A program made the translations under genes and the position numbers. The notes beneath the pieces were generated by a model, which saw nothing but the letters and a program-made list of their open reading frames with translations, searched no databases and was not told where the DNA came from. A stretch of DNA of 20,000 nt, taken from IMG/VR virus record IMGVR_UViG_3300005573_000084; one strand, 5' to 3'. Source of the stretch: an uncultured virus (IMG/VR IMGVR_UViG_3300005573_000084) (lineage: Duplodnaviria; Heunggongvirae; Uroviricota; Caudoviricetes). This document shows, piece after piece, positions 1 through 7,744 of this stretch. How positions within the stretch are numbered: position 1 is the stretch's first letter; the number at the start of each line of letters is the position of its first letter.

Positions 1-232
1 GAAGAATGTTACCAATATTTAATTCTTTAGGAACTTTTCCGCATTTTTTACATACTAAAACATCAATTGGTTGAATTTCTTCTTTTCCTGTTGGTGAGAC
101 TAATGGAGAAATTTTTTTAAGAATGATAGCTTCTTCAAAAATCATACTGCCGCAAGAACATGTTACAGTTTTGAAGTTTTTTATCATTTCTGGAGTAATA
201 GTTACTCTTGGTTTTTCAACTTTATTATTCAT
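1..232 (-). CDS. Small Zn-ribbon-like protein, truncated by the window edge (not in ORF track)
   Basis: ATG at 232 opens a frame running off the window: MNNKVEKPRVTITPEMIKNFKTVTCSCGSMIFEEAIILKKISPLVSPTGKEEIQPIDVLVCKKCGKVPKELNIGNIL...; CxC and CxxC pairs; starts a few nt after the stop of 238..639. Confidence 0.75.
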   Translation of the reverse strand, partial: MNNKVEKPRVTITPEMIKNFKTVTCSCGSMIFEEAIILKKISPLVSPTGKEEIQPIDVLVCKKCGKVPKELNIGNIL

Positions 233-237
233 AGATA

Positions 238-639
238 TCAATTTTTTTCATTATTTTTATTTTTTAATGTCAATTCTTTTTCTCTATGTATAGATGAAAA
301 TGTTCCAAGAGGACCATCAATCTCAAGATAACTAACATACCATTTATTAGGATCTATGTTAAATTTCTGAATCTCTCCATTTTCACTAACCTTTATGTAA
401 TATCCCTTTGTTATGTACATGTTCCAATTTACGCTTAAAATGTCCTCTCTTTTTATAAGATTCATATCTTTAAGAAAGTAAGATTTTAATCTTTCCTCAA
501 ATATTACATCTTTAACAAATAGAGGAAAATCAAAATCAGAAGAAGAGCAATCAATTTTAAGAACATACAATTTATTAAGTTTCCTAACATCAACAATCTT
601 TATGTTCTTATGTGTCCAATCAATACTAGATGTCATCAT
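238..639 (-). CDS. Hypothetical protein (133 aa)
   Basis: Intact ORF co-oriented with neighbours, preceded by a TATATAAATA motif; no family motif recognised. Confidence 0.7.
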   Translation of the reverse strand: MMTSSIDWTHKNIKIVDVRKLNKLYVLKIDCSSSDFDFPLFVKDVIFEERLKSYFLKDMNLIKREDILSVNWNMYITKGYYIKVSENGEIQKFNIDPNKWYVSYLEIDGPLGTFSSIHREKELTLKNKNNEKN

Positions 640-666
640 AATAATTAATTTTTATGTTAAACTTTT

Positions 667-696
667 TATTTATATACTCGTACTTTAAAATAGTTT
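667..696 (-). promoter_or_regulatory. Putative phage promoter AAAC-N16-TATATAAATA
   Basis: Minus strand AAAC TATTTTAAAGTACGAG TATATAAATA; contains the T4 late consensus TATAAATA; the same AAAC-N16-TATATA spacing recurs at 2195-2220. Confidence 0.45.
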
Positions 697-699
697 TAT

Positions 700-1578
700 T
701 TATGCATATATTTTTTCTAAAGACCAATTGATAATATTATTATCAGTTTTTTGTTTAACTGGAACTACTCCATTTAAAATAGGCTCAAATATATTTTTAT
801 ACTTTGGAAGAAATTTTCCAGTTTCATCTATAATAGAAGTATTAAAAAATGGTGTACTGTTTTCAACAAAATCGTATTTAAGCATTTGTTCAACTTTTTC
901 ATAATGATTACTATAGAGATGCATTGAATTGGATATATGCACATATTTTCCTATTTCTAAATCTTTATAATATTTTTTTAAATGAGTAAATATTTGTTGT
1001 TGCAATATGCTAAAAAAGGCAAAATCTGTCATAAACCCTAATATTACATCATTACTTCTCATAGATACTGTCATATTTAGCTTATTATCTCTAATATGAA
1101 AAAGCGCATACATAGTGCAAACTTGATCAGGGTTTAAAAAGTATTGATGATAAGGTTTATTAAAGTGCATAAATGCTTGTCGCGTATCTTTATCTTTAAC
1201 TAATGAGCTAATAACCCACTCATATTGAGTTAAACCGTGTTCATTTTTTTGATTGAATATTAAATTTCCATAAGCAGAATTAACTTCTCCTTTTTCATTT
1301 TCTAATTTTTCCCATAATGATGCATACTTTTTAATAAATGCAGATTTATTTGATCCTGAAAAATAATATAAAATTTCTGCACCAATGTATTTTTCTTTAG
1401 AGCCTCTTACTTCATTTATATAAAGATTTTTAGTTGGATCTTCTACTTCAATTATACAGTTAATAATTTCATTTACTTGTAGTCCTCTTGGTTTGGTGAC
1501 AAACTCGGGATTATTTAATAAATCATTTAGTATATCTTTATAAAGATTGGCTACAAATTTACTCTTATAAACTCTCAT
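700..1578 (-). CDS. Thymidylate-synthase-fold enzyme, most likely dCMP hydroxymethylase/methylase (T4 gp42-like)
   Basis: DQVCTMYALFHIRDNKLNMTVSMRSNDVILGFMTDFAFF and YVHISNSMHLY follow the TS/gp42 catalytic core (Cys codon 1117-1119, RSND). The specificity position holds Asp (TDF, codon 1024-1026) as in dCMP-specific gp42, not Asn as in dUMP-specific ThyA. Confidence 0.8.
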   Translation of the reverse strand: MRVYKSKFVANLYKDILNDLLNNPEFVTKPRGLQVNEIINCIIEVEDPTKNLYINEVRGSKEKYIGAEILYYFSGSNKSAFIKKYASLWEKLENEKGEVNSAYGNLIFNQKNEHGLTQYEWVISSLVKDKDTRQAFMHFNKPYHQYFLNPDQVCTMYALFHIRDNKLNMTVSMRSNDVILGFMTDFAFFSILQQQIFTHLKKYYKDLEIGKYVHISNSMHLYSNHYEKVEQMLKYDFVENSTPFFNTSIIDETGKFLPKYKNIFEPILNGVVPVKQKTDNNIINWSLEKIYA

Positions 1579-1580
1579 AT

Positions 1581-2168
1581 TTATTTTGTTTTTTCTAAAA
1601 ATTGTACTACTTCATTAAAAATATCCTCTTTTTTTCTAAATTTGCCTTTATCATCTACTTTAACTAATAATTTATATGGTATTGTGCTAAATTGATGAAC
1701 TTCTGTAAAAAGATTTATTTCTTTAGTTTTATCAATTAAATTTTGTGAGAAAGATTTTCCGTCATCTATATTTAGAAAAAATTCAGGATCTGCTGTAAGT
1801 GTTATTAAATAAACTATATGTGATGTAAATGCTTTTTCCAAATTAATTATCTTTCTTTTAACAACATCTGGATTTGCATTTCTAAATAATGTGGAATATA
1901 CGTATTCTCCTAAGTGAGATCGATTCCATATCATAATATTTTCATAATATTGATAATCATTTTCTCTATTTAAAAAACTATTATAAAGCTTTATTTCTGA
2001 TCTAAATTTTTTAAATTGAAATCGCAGCGTTTCTTCTGGACTCATTCCTTTTGGAGGTTTCCCAAAATGTCTAATAGTTATATTGTCATAATTAAAGTAT
2101 TCGCAAAGTTCTTTTATTAAAGATGACTTTCCGAGTTGGTCTCCTCCCTCGATAATTATTAGTTTCAT
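1581..2168 (-). CDS. Deoxynucleoside monophosphate kinase (thymidylate-kinase-like P-loop)
   Basis: N-terminal Walker A IIIEGGDQLGKSS; NRSHLGEYVY matches the TMPK DRxxxSxxxY motif; its stop lies 2 nt before the start of the TS-fold gene. Confidence 0.8.
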   Translation of the reverse strand: MKLIIIEGGDQLGKSSLIKELCEYFNYDNITIRHFGKPPKGMSPEETLRFQFKKFRSEIKLYNSFLNRENDYQYYENIMIWNRSHLGEYVYSTLFRNANPDVVKRKIINLEKAFTSHIVYLITLTADPEFFLNIDDGKSFSQNLIDKTKEINLFTEVHQFSTIPYKLLVKVDDKGKFRKKEDIFNEVVQFLEKTK

Positions 2169-2194
2169 ATATTTAAATTTTCATGTATATTTTT

Positions 2195-2220
2195 TATATA
2201 ACTAATGATAAAATTTGTTT
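2195..2220 (-). promoter_or_regulatory. Putative phage promoter AAAC-N16-TATATA
   Basis: Minus strand AAAC AAATTTTATCATTAGT TATATAAAAA, about 27 nt upstream of the kinase start. Confidence 0.4.
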
Positions 2221-2231
2221 TCATTTTTATC

Positions 2232-3455
2232 TTAAAAAAGTGATTTATGCTTATGATTGTATTTTTTAGTATTGTCTTGCATTAAAACTGAATCTTTGTA
2301 AAATTCTCTATTTCCTTTTATTATTTCCACAATTTCATTTGTTATATCTTCTCCTGTACAAACTGGAATATTTTGAGTAATTTTAACATACTCTTTAGGA
2401 CTTTCAAGTTCATAATCGTGAGGTAGCCCCATCATATGCATGTATTCTCTAACATTCATGATTCTATCTTCAACTGGATGAATCTCTTTTCCCATAACTT
2501 CTCCTATAATTGCATATGTATAATCTTTATCTACTTCAAGCACTCTATAATTTATTCTTGAATTTTTTCCTTCTGCTGCTTTTTTTAGAATATGTTCTAC
2601 ATTTTTTGTAACAATGAGCGATCTTTCATTTTCCGGTAAACTTTTTTGCCACTCTAAGAATTCAACTAACCAATCTCTTCTTTTAAGATATTCATATGTT
2701 GTAAGATGAGGTTTAAAATTATTAAGTTCTTCTCTCCATTTTTCTCCATGTTTAATCTTAAGAAACTTATAAATCTCATACTTAGTAATGTCTACTTCAT
2801 TATGAACATATTCATTTTGATGTTTTGCTTCTTTAGGAATCTGAGATAGATAATCTTTAAATTTAAGATATGGCTTATCATAATAAGATAAAATAGGAGC
2901 ATAATCTCCTTTATAAAATATTCCAAAAGTTCTTGGCCTAAATTGAGGTATTCCATGTTTTAATGTATTTGTTTTATAGAATGTTATAGAGTATCCATGT
3001 TTCCTTGCAATATCTATAAGTTTATTTCTTACGTCATTTCCGGAATTAGTAAAAAGAGTAGGAGCATTCTCAAATGAATACACTATTGGTTGAAGATTAT
3101 TTAAAATAAATTCTGCAGATTTATACATCCAATCATTTGGAGGCGCTGAACCTCTTGTTCCTGCTTTTCTTTGAGCAGCTTGAGATAGACCAGAACATGG
3201 AGGTATTCCGCAAAAAATATGAATCTTATTTTTATATTGTTCTGTTATTTCATCTATATTAATATTTTCGTCATCTATTTGATAATACGGAACATTATAA
3301 TTATGTTTTTGTAAATATCTTAGATACAATTTGTCATTATTATAAAATGGTTTCCATGAAAATATGACGCTTGGGAGTTCATTTAAAATCTTTGATGCTC
3401 CTAATGAAAATCCTCCAGCTAAAGGTATGATAGCGCCGTGTTTTATAAATTGCAT
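2232..3455 (-). CDS. C5-cytosine DNA methyltransferase homolog with divergent SAM-binding motifs
   Basis: Catalytic motif IV GIPPCSGLS, motif VI FENAP, motif VIII PQFRPRTF, motif IX RIMNVREYMHMMGLP. Motif I is IIPLAGG (canonical FxGxGG) and motif X is ITQNIP (canonical GNA/SV). Confidence 0.8.
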   Translation of the reverse strand: MQFIKHGAIIPLAGGFSLGASKILNELPSVIFSWKPFYNNDKLYLRYLQKHNYNVPYYQIDDENINIDEITEQYKNKIHIFCGIPPCSGLSQAAQRKAGTRGSAPPNDWMYKSAEFILNNLQPIVYSFENAPTLFTNSGNDVRNKLIDIARKHGYSITFYKTNTLKHGIPQFRPRTFGIFYKGDYAPILSYYDKPYLKFKDYLSQIPKEAKHQNEYVHNEVDITKYEIYKFLKIKHGEKWREELNNFKPHLTTYEYLKRRDWLVEFLEWQKSLPENERSLIVTKNVEHILKKAAEGKNSRINYRVLEVDKDYTYAIIGEVMGKEIHPVEDRIMNVREYMHMMGLPHDYELESPKEYVKITQNIPVCTGEDITNEIVEIIKGNREFYKDSVLMQDNTKKYNHKHKSLF

Positions 3456-3482
3456 TTTAAATAAGTTTAGAGGGAAATATTT

Positions 3483-3800
3483 CTATTTTATTTTTAGAAG
3501 TGAATCTACAGTTTCATTTTGTTTTTTGATAATAGAATCTGTTTTTTCTAGTTTCTGAAGTTTTTTAAGATATTCGTTTCTTTTTATTTTAGATTCTTTA
3601 GATGAATCAACGGTAATATAGATAATCTTTTTAAAAATTGTATCATTTTCTTTTTGATATGATAAAGTTTTTACATTAATGATACTATCTTTATATTTTT
3701 CATTTTTTTGTTGAGCAGATGAATTTAAAGTACAAGAATTAAATGATAAAATTATAGTTATCATTATTAAAATTGTGATAAAGAGATTTGAAGTTTTCAT
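3483..3800 (-). CDS. Lipoprotein, candidate outer-membrane spanin (true start probably 3800, not 3845)
   Basis: From the second Met: MKTSNLFITILIMITIILSFNS-C, i.e. basic N-region, hydrophobic core and lipobox Cys; lies directly downstream of a single-TM coiled-coil protein. Confidence 0.55.
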   Translation of the reverse strand: MKTSNLFITILIMITIILSFNSCTLNSSAQQKNEKYKDSIINVKTLSYQKENDTIFKKIIYITVDSSKESKIKRNEYLKKLQKLEKTDSIIKKQNETVDSLLKIK

Positions 3801-3810
3801 AATATGAATT

Positions 3811-4074
3811 TTATTTATTTTGCATGAACTGTATGATTTTTCCATTTAATTCTTGTTGTTTGTATAAGATTTCATTTATTTTTTCTAATTGTTTTGTATT
3901 TTCTTGAAGTTGTATACTTAATTGTTCTATTTTTTCTTCCATCTTAGTTCTTTTTATTGTTTCTGATCTTATCCATCCAATAGTAGAACTCAAAAACATT
4001 ACAATAAGAATTATGTCTTTTATAAACGTTGTGTATTTTTTCCATTGCGATTCTTTAATCTGGTTCATTTTCAT
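3811..4074 (-). CDS. Single-TM coiled-coil membrane protein, candidate inner-membrane spanin
   Basis: One hydrophobic segment IILIVMFLSSTIGWI followed by a heptad-rich tail MEEKIEQLSIQLQENTKQLEKINEILYKQQELNGKI. Confidence 0.5.
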   Translation of the reverse strand: MKMNQIKESQWKKYTTFIKDIILIVMFLSSTIGWIRSETIKRTKMEEKIEQLSIQLQENTKQLEKINEILYKQQELNGKIIQFMQNK

Positions 4075-4375
4075 CTTTATTTTTTTTATCTATAAAATAT
4101 TTTTTATATGCGTTAAGATCTTCTGCATCAGAAAATAATCCATCCTTTACGCCTTCACTGTAAAATTTAGAATTCTTTGATAAATTTTGAAGAACTAATT
4201 GTTTTCTAACAGCTAAATTTTTTGAATGCTTTTTTTCTATTGCTAATCCTAGTAAGAATTCTTTTTTATCAACATCGTCGAAAGATACAATTGGCTCTAC
4301 TCCTCCTTTAATTATTTCACTTTCAGATAGGTTAGAAACAAATTCTGCTAAAGATTCAGATATAAATTTTTTCAT
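4055..4375 (-). CDS. Hypothetical protein, DUF5661-like (degenerate), possible head-packaged protein
   Basis: IKGG...D..E...G..IE.KH...YS spacing recalls DUF5661 (GxxVExEH...DHLxExPxYY) but with putative metal ligands replaced; leader MKKFISESLAE. Confidence 0.45.
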   Translation of the reverse strand: MKKFISESLAEFVSNLSESEIIKGGVEPIVSFDDVDKKEFLLGLAIEKKHSKNLAVRKQLVLQNLSKNSKFYSEGVKDGLFSDAEDLNAYKKYFIDKKNKDENEPD

Positions 4376-4389
4376 ATTAAGAGCTTTTT

Positions 4390-4401
4390 TATTATATATT
4401 T
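4390..4401 (-). promoter_or_regulatory. Putative late promoter AAATATATAATA
   Basis: RATATATAA motif about 15 nt upstream of the ATG; it recurs before several minus-strand genes. Confidence 0.4.
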
Positions 4402-4419
4402 ATGAAGAATTTAAATTGT

Positions 4420-5586
4420 TTAGTTATCTTCTTTATATTCTAGAATTTTACCGCTATAAGTTCTTAATTGATACACTCCATTTTTATTAGATACAATATT
4501 ATCTGATATATCAATTTTTCCATATTCTGAATCTAAAATTAAATGTGGAACACACATTCCAGAAGTGTAACCTCTTAATCCTCTTATTATCTCAATTCCT
4601 TTTTTTATAGAAGTTCTAAAATGACTAGTTCCTGATACACGATCAGCAATATACAAATAATATGGCTTAACGCGAATCATTATTAATTTATGCATAAGCT
4701 TTTTCATCGTTTCCACATTGTCATTAACGTTTTTTAATAAAACAGTTTGAGATCCCAATGGAATTCCATTATCAACAAGAATATCGCATGCGCGTTCAAC
4801 TTCAGGAGTTATTTCATCGGGATGTGTAAAATGAATGTTAACAAATGCTTTATATTTTCGTAAAATTTTAGCTAATTTAGAAGTAATTCTTTGGGGTAAA
4901 ACAACTGGTACCTTTGTACCTATTCTTAAAAGCTCAACGTGATCAATACTTCTTATTTCTTTTAACAAATATTCAATATTATCATCATCCATCGTAAACG
5001 GATCACCTCCAGATATTAATACGTCTCTTACTTCTGTATGATTTCTTATATATTCGATTGCATTATTCCATGAACTTTTAGGTATAGATTTTCTATTAAC
5101 TAATCTGCTTCTTGTACAATAACGACAATTTGAAGAACAAAAATCTGTAACTAAAAATAAAACTCTATCTGGATATCTATGAACTATGCATTCTACTGGG
5201 CTTTGTTTTTCTTCTGATAATGAATCTTCATATTCATTTTCAGTTACAATAAGTTCATTGCTTGTTGGAATAACACATTTTCCAATTCCTGAATTTAATG
5301 ATGTTATTAAACTCGCATAATATGGAGTTATTCTTAGAGGTAAATTAATATCTTCAGATAACTCATATTCTGAATTTCCAAATATTCTAATTAATTCTTC
5401 ATAAGAAGTTATGCTATTACGAATTTGCCATTTCCAATCATTCCAGTCTTCTTGAGAAATAGTTGGATAAAATTTATTCTTAAAATTTTTTGTTTTTTGA
5501 GAAACCACGAGAGGAGGCTCATCGCCATTAGAAATTTCATCTAAATTATTAGAGTGAGAATTTTTAGAAAAATTACTTTGATTCAT
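4420..5586 (-). CDS. kamA: KamA-family radical SAM protein (lysine 2,3-aminomutase-like)
   Basis: WNDWKWQIRN, PLRITPYY, HRYPDRVLFLVTDFCSSNCRYCTRSR (CxxxCxxC), SGGDP, LRIGTKVPVVLPQRIT, HPDEIT, QTVLLKNVND, PYYLY..D...GTSHFR, LRGYTSG; putative PLP Lys in DSEYGK. Confidence 0.92.
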   Translation of the reverse strand: MNQSNFSKNSHSNNLDEISNGDEPPLVVSQKTKNFKNKFYPTISQEDWNDWKWQIRNSITSYEELIRIFGNSEYELSEDINLPLRITPYYASLITSLNSGIGKCVIPTSNELIVTENEYEDSLSEEKQSPVECIVHRYPDRVLFLVTDFCSSNCRYCTRSRLVNRKSIPKSSWNNAIEYIRNHTEVRDVLISGGDPFTMDDDNIEYLLKEIRSIDHVELLRIGTKVPVVLPQRITSKLAKILRKYKAFVNIHFTHPDEITPEVERACDILVDNGIPLGSQTVLLKNVNDNVETMKKLMHKLIMIRVKPYYLYIADRVSGTSHFRTSIKKGIEIIRGLRGYTSGMCVPHLILDSEYGKIDISDNIVSNKNGVYQLRTYSGKILEYKEDN

Positions 5587-5661
5587 TTTAATTATTTTTT
5601 ATGTGTTATTTTTATATATCATTTTTATATTTTAGTTTTTTGTTTATTAAAAAAAGTTCTA

Positions 5662-5997
5662 TCATTTTCCTAGTGTTATGCCAATTGCTGTAGTAACTAA
5701 TCTACTTGTTAATAATTTACCAAGAGGTCCATCTTCTTTTACACCAAGAACAGAACATATAGCTTTTCCTATCGCCGGGCCAACTAATGCTCCCGCCGTT
5801 CCTCCAACTAAAGCACCAAATAGTCCCTCATCTATAGGTTCATTATTTTTTAATTTTTCTGTTAGTAGATAATAAAGTTTTTCGGCCTCTTTTACTTGTT
5901 CTGAAGTCATCCCTTTTATTTCTTCTGACTCAAAAATTTTAGATGAACTATTATATTTTAAATCATAATATGTTGGTAAATCAGAATTTGTTATCAT
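5662..5997 (-). CDS. Glycine-zipper membrane-active protein, possibly virion-packaged
   Basis: Charged N-terminal half, then IDE followed by GLFGALVGGTAGALVGPAIGKAICSVLG (GxxxG repeats) and a second hydrophobic stretch; TATAAATA upstream at about 6052-6059. Confidence 0.6.
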   Translation of the reverse strand: MITNSDLPTYYDLKYNSSSKIFESEEIKGMTSEQVKEAEKLYYLLTEKLKNNEPIDEGLFGALVGGTAGALVGPAIGKAICSVLGVKEDGPLGKLLTSRLVTTAIGITLGK

Positions 5998-6096
5998 AGT
6001 AAAATAATTTATTTTAATAAATTAATTAATTTTCTTTACATATACTTTATATATTTATATATATAAAGGTTTTTGAAATTTCTAAATACTATAGTT

Positions 6097-6321
6097 TTAT
6101 TTCTTAAACATGTATTTCTTAAGAAGCTCAACAATATCTTTATAGCCTTTTTCTGTTGCAAACCTTAAAGCTTCATTATCATTAGCATGAACATTTGCTC
6201 CAGCTTTAAGAAGAAGCTCAACAACATCTTTATGACCATATAATGAAGCCAGTCTTAAAGCTTCATCATCATTAGCATGAACATTTGCTCCAGCTTTGAT
6301 AAGAAGTTCTATAAAATACAA
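6097..6321 (-). pseudogene. Ankyrin-repeat gene 3' fragment, apparently separated from its 5' end by the TnpB element
   Basis: ELLxKAGANVHANDxEALRxA...GxKDxVELL repeats; the ORF starts at a TTG mid-repeat only about 20 nt after the tnpB stop. Confidence 0.65.
6121..6310. repeat. 90-bp tandem repeat (about 2.1 copies) encoding 30-aa ankyrin units
   Basis: aagaagctcaacaa at 6121 and 6211, aagaagttct at 6301; cttaaagcttcat(t/c)atcattagcatgaacatttgctccagcttt repeated at 90-nt spacing. Confidence 0.9.
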
Positions 6322-7744
6322 AATTCAATAAATTAAATAATTAATCATAAAAAATATAATTTAAAACCATACTTTTATGACTTGAATTTTGCTGAAAAAC
6401 ATTAAATTTATGCAAGCATTCATTTAATGAAACTCGATATTTCAATTTCAAGTTTTTTATTTCAAGAAAGAATTCTTTCCAATCTTTATATTTAGTAGCC
6501 ATTTCCTTCCACTGGTGTTTTACCAATAGATCTGGATAGAATGCTTTCTTGTTTTTCTTTATTTTGTACTCAAAACCACGTCTTGCGATTTCAATTGAAG
6601 CATTTACTGCATCTGTATAGTTATGTTGTAAATTTCCAATGAAACTTGAGTAAGCTGGATTAACTGAATAAAGTTTAATTCCTTCTACGTTTAATCTCTT
6701 ATTTAAATTGTTGATGAATAATTCTCTTTTCCAAAGATTTTTGTTCTTTCTATTTGATATTTTTATCGCTGAAGAGCCTTTAAAATGTAAATCTTCAATA
6801 AAAACTGATTTACAATTAAAGTATTTTGCTAGATTTGTAATCGATTTACTTATTTCATAGGTTTCAAACTTTAATTTGTTTTGAAAATATTTCATTCTGT
6901 CTGAATTTGAACTTAGTTTTTCATTTAAAATTTTGTTAAAAATAGGTTTCAAACTAAATTCTTGAGTATAGATAACATTTTCATTTTCTAAAACTGAAAT
7001 TCCAATTGTATCTGGATTTAAGTCAATACCTAAATATCTGTTTTCGTTTAACTTAACTTCTTTTTCATTTTTAAATTCTTCAAATGAAATATAGACATTT
7101 TTTAAATCAAAACGAATTGAATAGGTATAGCCCCTTTGATTAGATTTAACTTCATTAAGTTGTTGAAGTTTGAATAATTCATTCTTTATATTGTTTCTTA
7201 AATTAGGCAATTTTAGCTCAATGTGCTTTTTCCTATTTAATTTAAAGATGATTTGATTGTTTTCAATCATATCTAACTTAAATGAACGATTTCCTTGTTT
7301 AAGTTCTTCACCTTGAATATTTATAGGACTTAATCGTTTAAGTTGATACTCTTCCTTTGATATTTTACCTCGACATCTCAAAATGAAATTTTTCTTTTCT
7401 CCAAATATAACTTTTTTATTTCCAGAACGTGCATGAATTGCTTTGCCATCTTTGATTGCACATTGAACCAACCAAGAATTTAATAAATTAATGTTTTTCA
7501 ATGATTTAGTTAAATTTCTAACTTCTTTTTCTGTTTTGCCCTCAAGAAAACGATTATAACTATACCTAACAACAGATGAATATTGTTTAAGTATAGGTAT
7601 TAAATCTTCAGATGATTTGTATGGAAGCTTAATCGTTTTCATGCTATCATTACTTTAACTGTATAAAACTTATATATTATAAAATATATATTAAAGAAAA
7701 TTATATTTTTTTACGTTTTTATCACAAATTATTGTTAATTTTTA
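6311..7744 (-). mobile_element. Non-autonomous tnpB-only element (IS200/IS605 or IS607-related); ends inferred
   Basis: Contains tnpB only, no tnpA. Removing 6311..7744 joins a 5' mini-ORF ending ...AAT TTG AT to A GAA CTT CTT, restoring an in-frame ankyrin ORF; the left flank ends in TTGAT. Confidence 0.5.
6341..7642 (-). CDS. tnpB: TnpB-family RNA-guided RuvC endonuclease (Zn-finger-less type)
   Basis: N-terminal YSSVVRYSYNR helix; RuvC-I YLGIDLNP, RuvC-II VFIEDL, VNPAYSS and RuvC-III YTDAVNASIEIARRG. D-E-D triad present; no CxxC pairs between RuvC-II and RuvC-III. Confidence 0.85.
   Translation of the reverse strand: MKTIKLPYKSSEDLIPILKQYSSVVRYSYNRFLEGKTEKEVRNLTKSLKNINLLNSWLVQCAIKDGKAIHARSGNKKVIFGEKKNFILRCRGKISKEEYQLKRLSPINIQGEELKQGNRSFKLDMIENNQIIFKLNRKKHIELKLPNLRNNIKNELFKLQQLNEVKSNQRGYTYSIRFDLKNVYISFEEFKNEKEVKLNENRYLGIDLNPDTIGISVLENENVIYTQEFSLKPIFNKILNEKLSSNSDRMKYFQNKLKFETYEISKSITNLAKYFNCKSVFIEDLHFKGSSAIKISNRKNKNLWKRELFINNLNKRLNVEGIKLYSVNPAYSSFIGNLQHNYTDAVNASIEIARRGFEYKIKKNKKAFYPDLLVKHQWKEMATKYKDWKEFFLEIKNLKLKYRVSLNECLHKFNVFQQNSSHKSMVLNYIFYD

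Noticed and set aside
700..1578. Ordinary thymidylate synthase ThyA
   Set aside because: Asp instead of Asn at the specificity position, and CT/RSND context closer to gp42.
3453..3485. Stop-codon reassignment (the TAG at 3483-3485 is in frame with the MTase ATG)
   Set aside because: All conserved genes are full length in the standard code; a lipoprotein-MTase fusion is implausible and the shared frame is a 1-in-3 coincidence.
3801..3845. Annotated 15-aa N-terminal extension of the lipoprotein
   Set aside because: It overlaps the upstream gene; the Met at 3800 gives a proper signal peptide and a 10-nt gap.
6121..6310. Repeats next to the TnpB/Cas12f-like gene as a CRISPR array
   Set aside because: 90-bp in-frame coding repeats with similar, not unique, intervening sequence; they translate to ankyrin units, and no cas1/cas2 is present.
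6311..7744. IStron (self-splicing group I intron plus TnpB)
   Set aside because: Only about 100 AT-rich nt precede tnpB and about 30 nt follow it, too little for a group I intron core.
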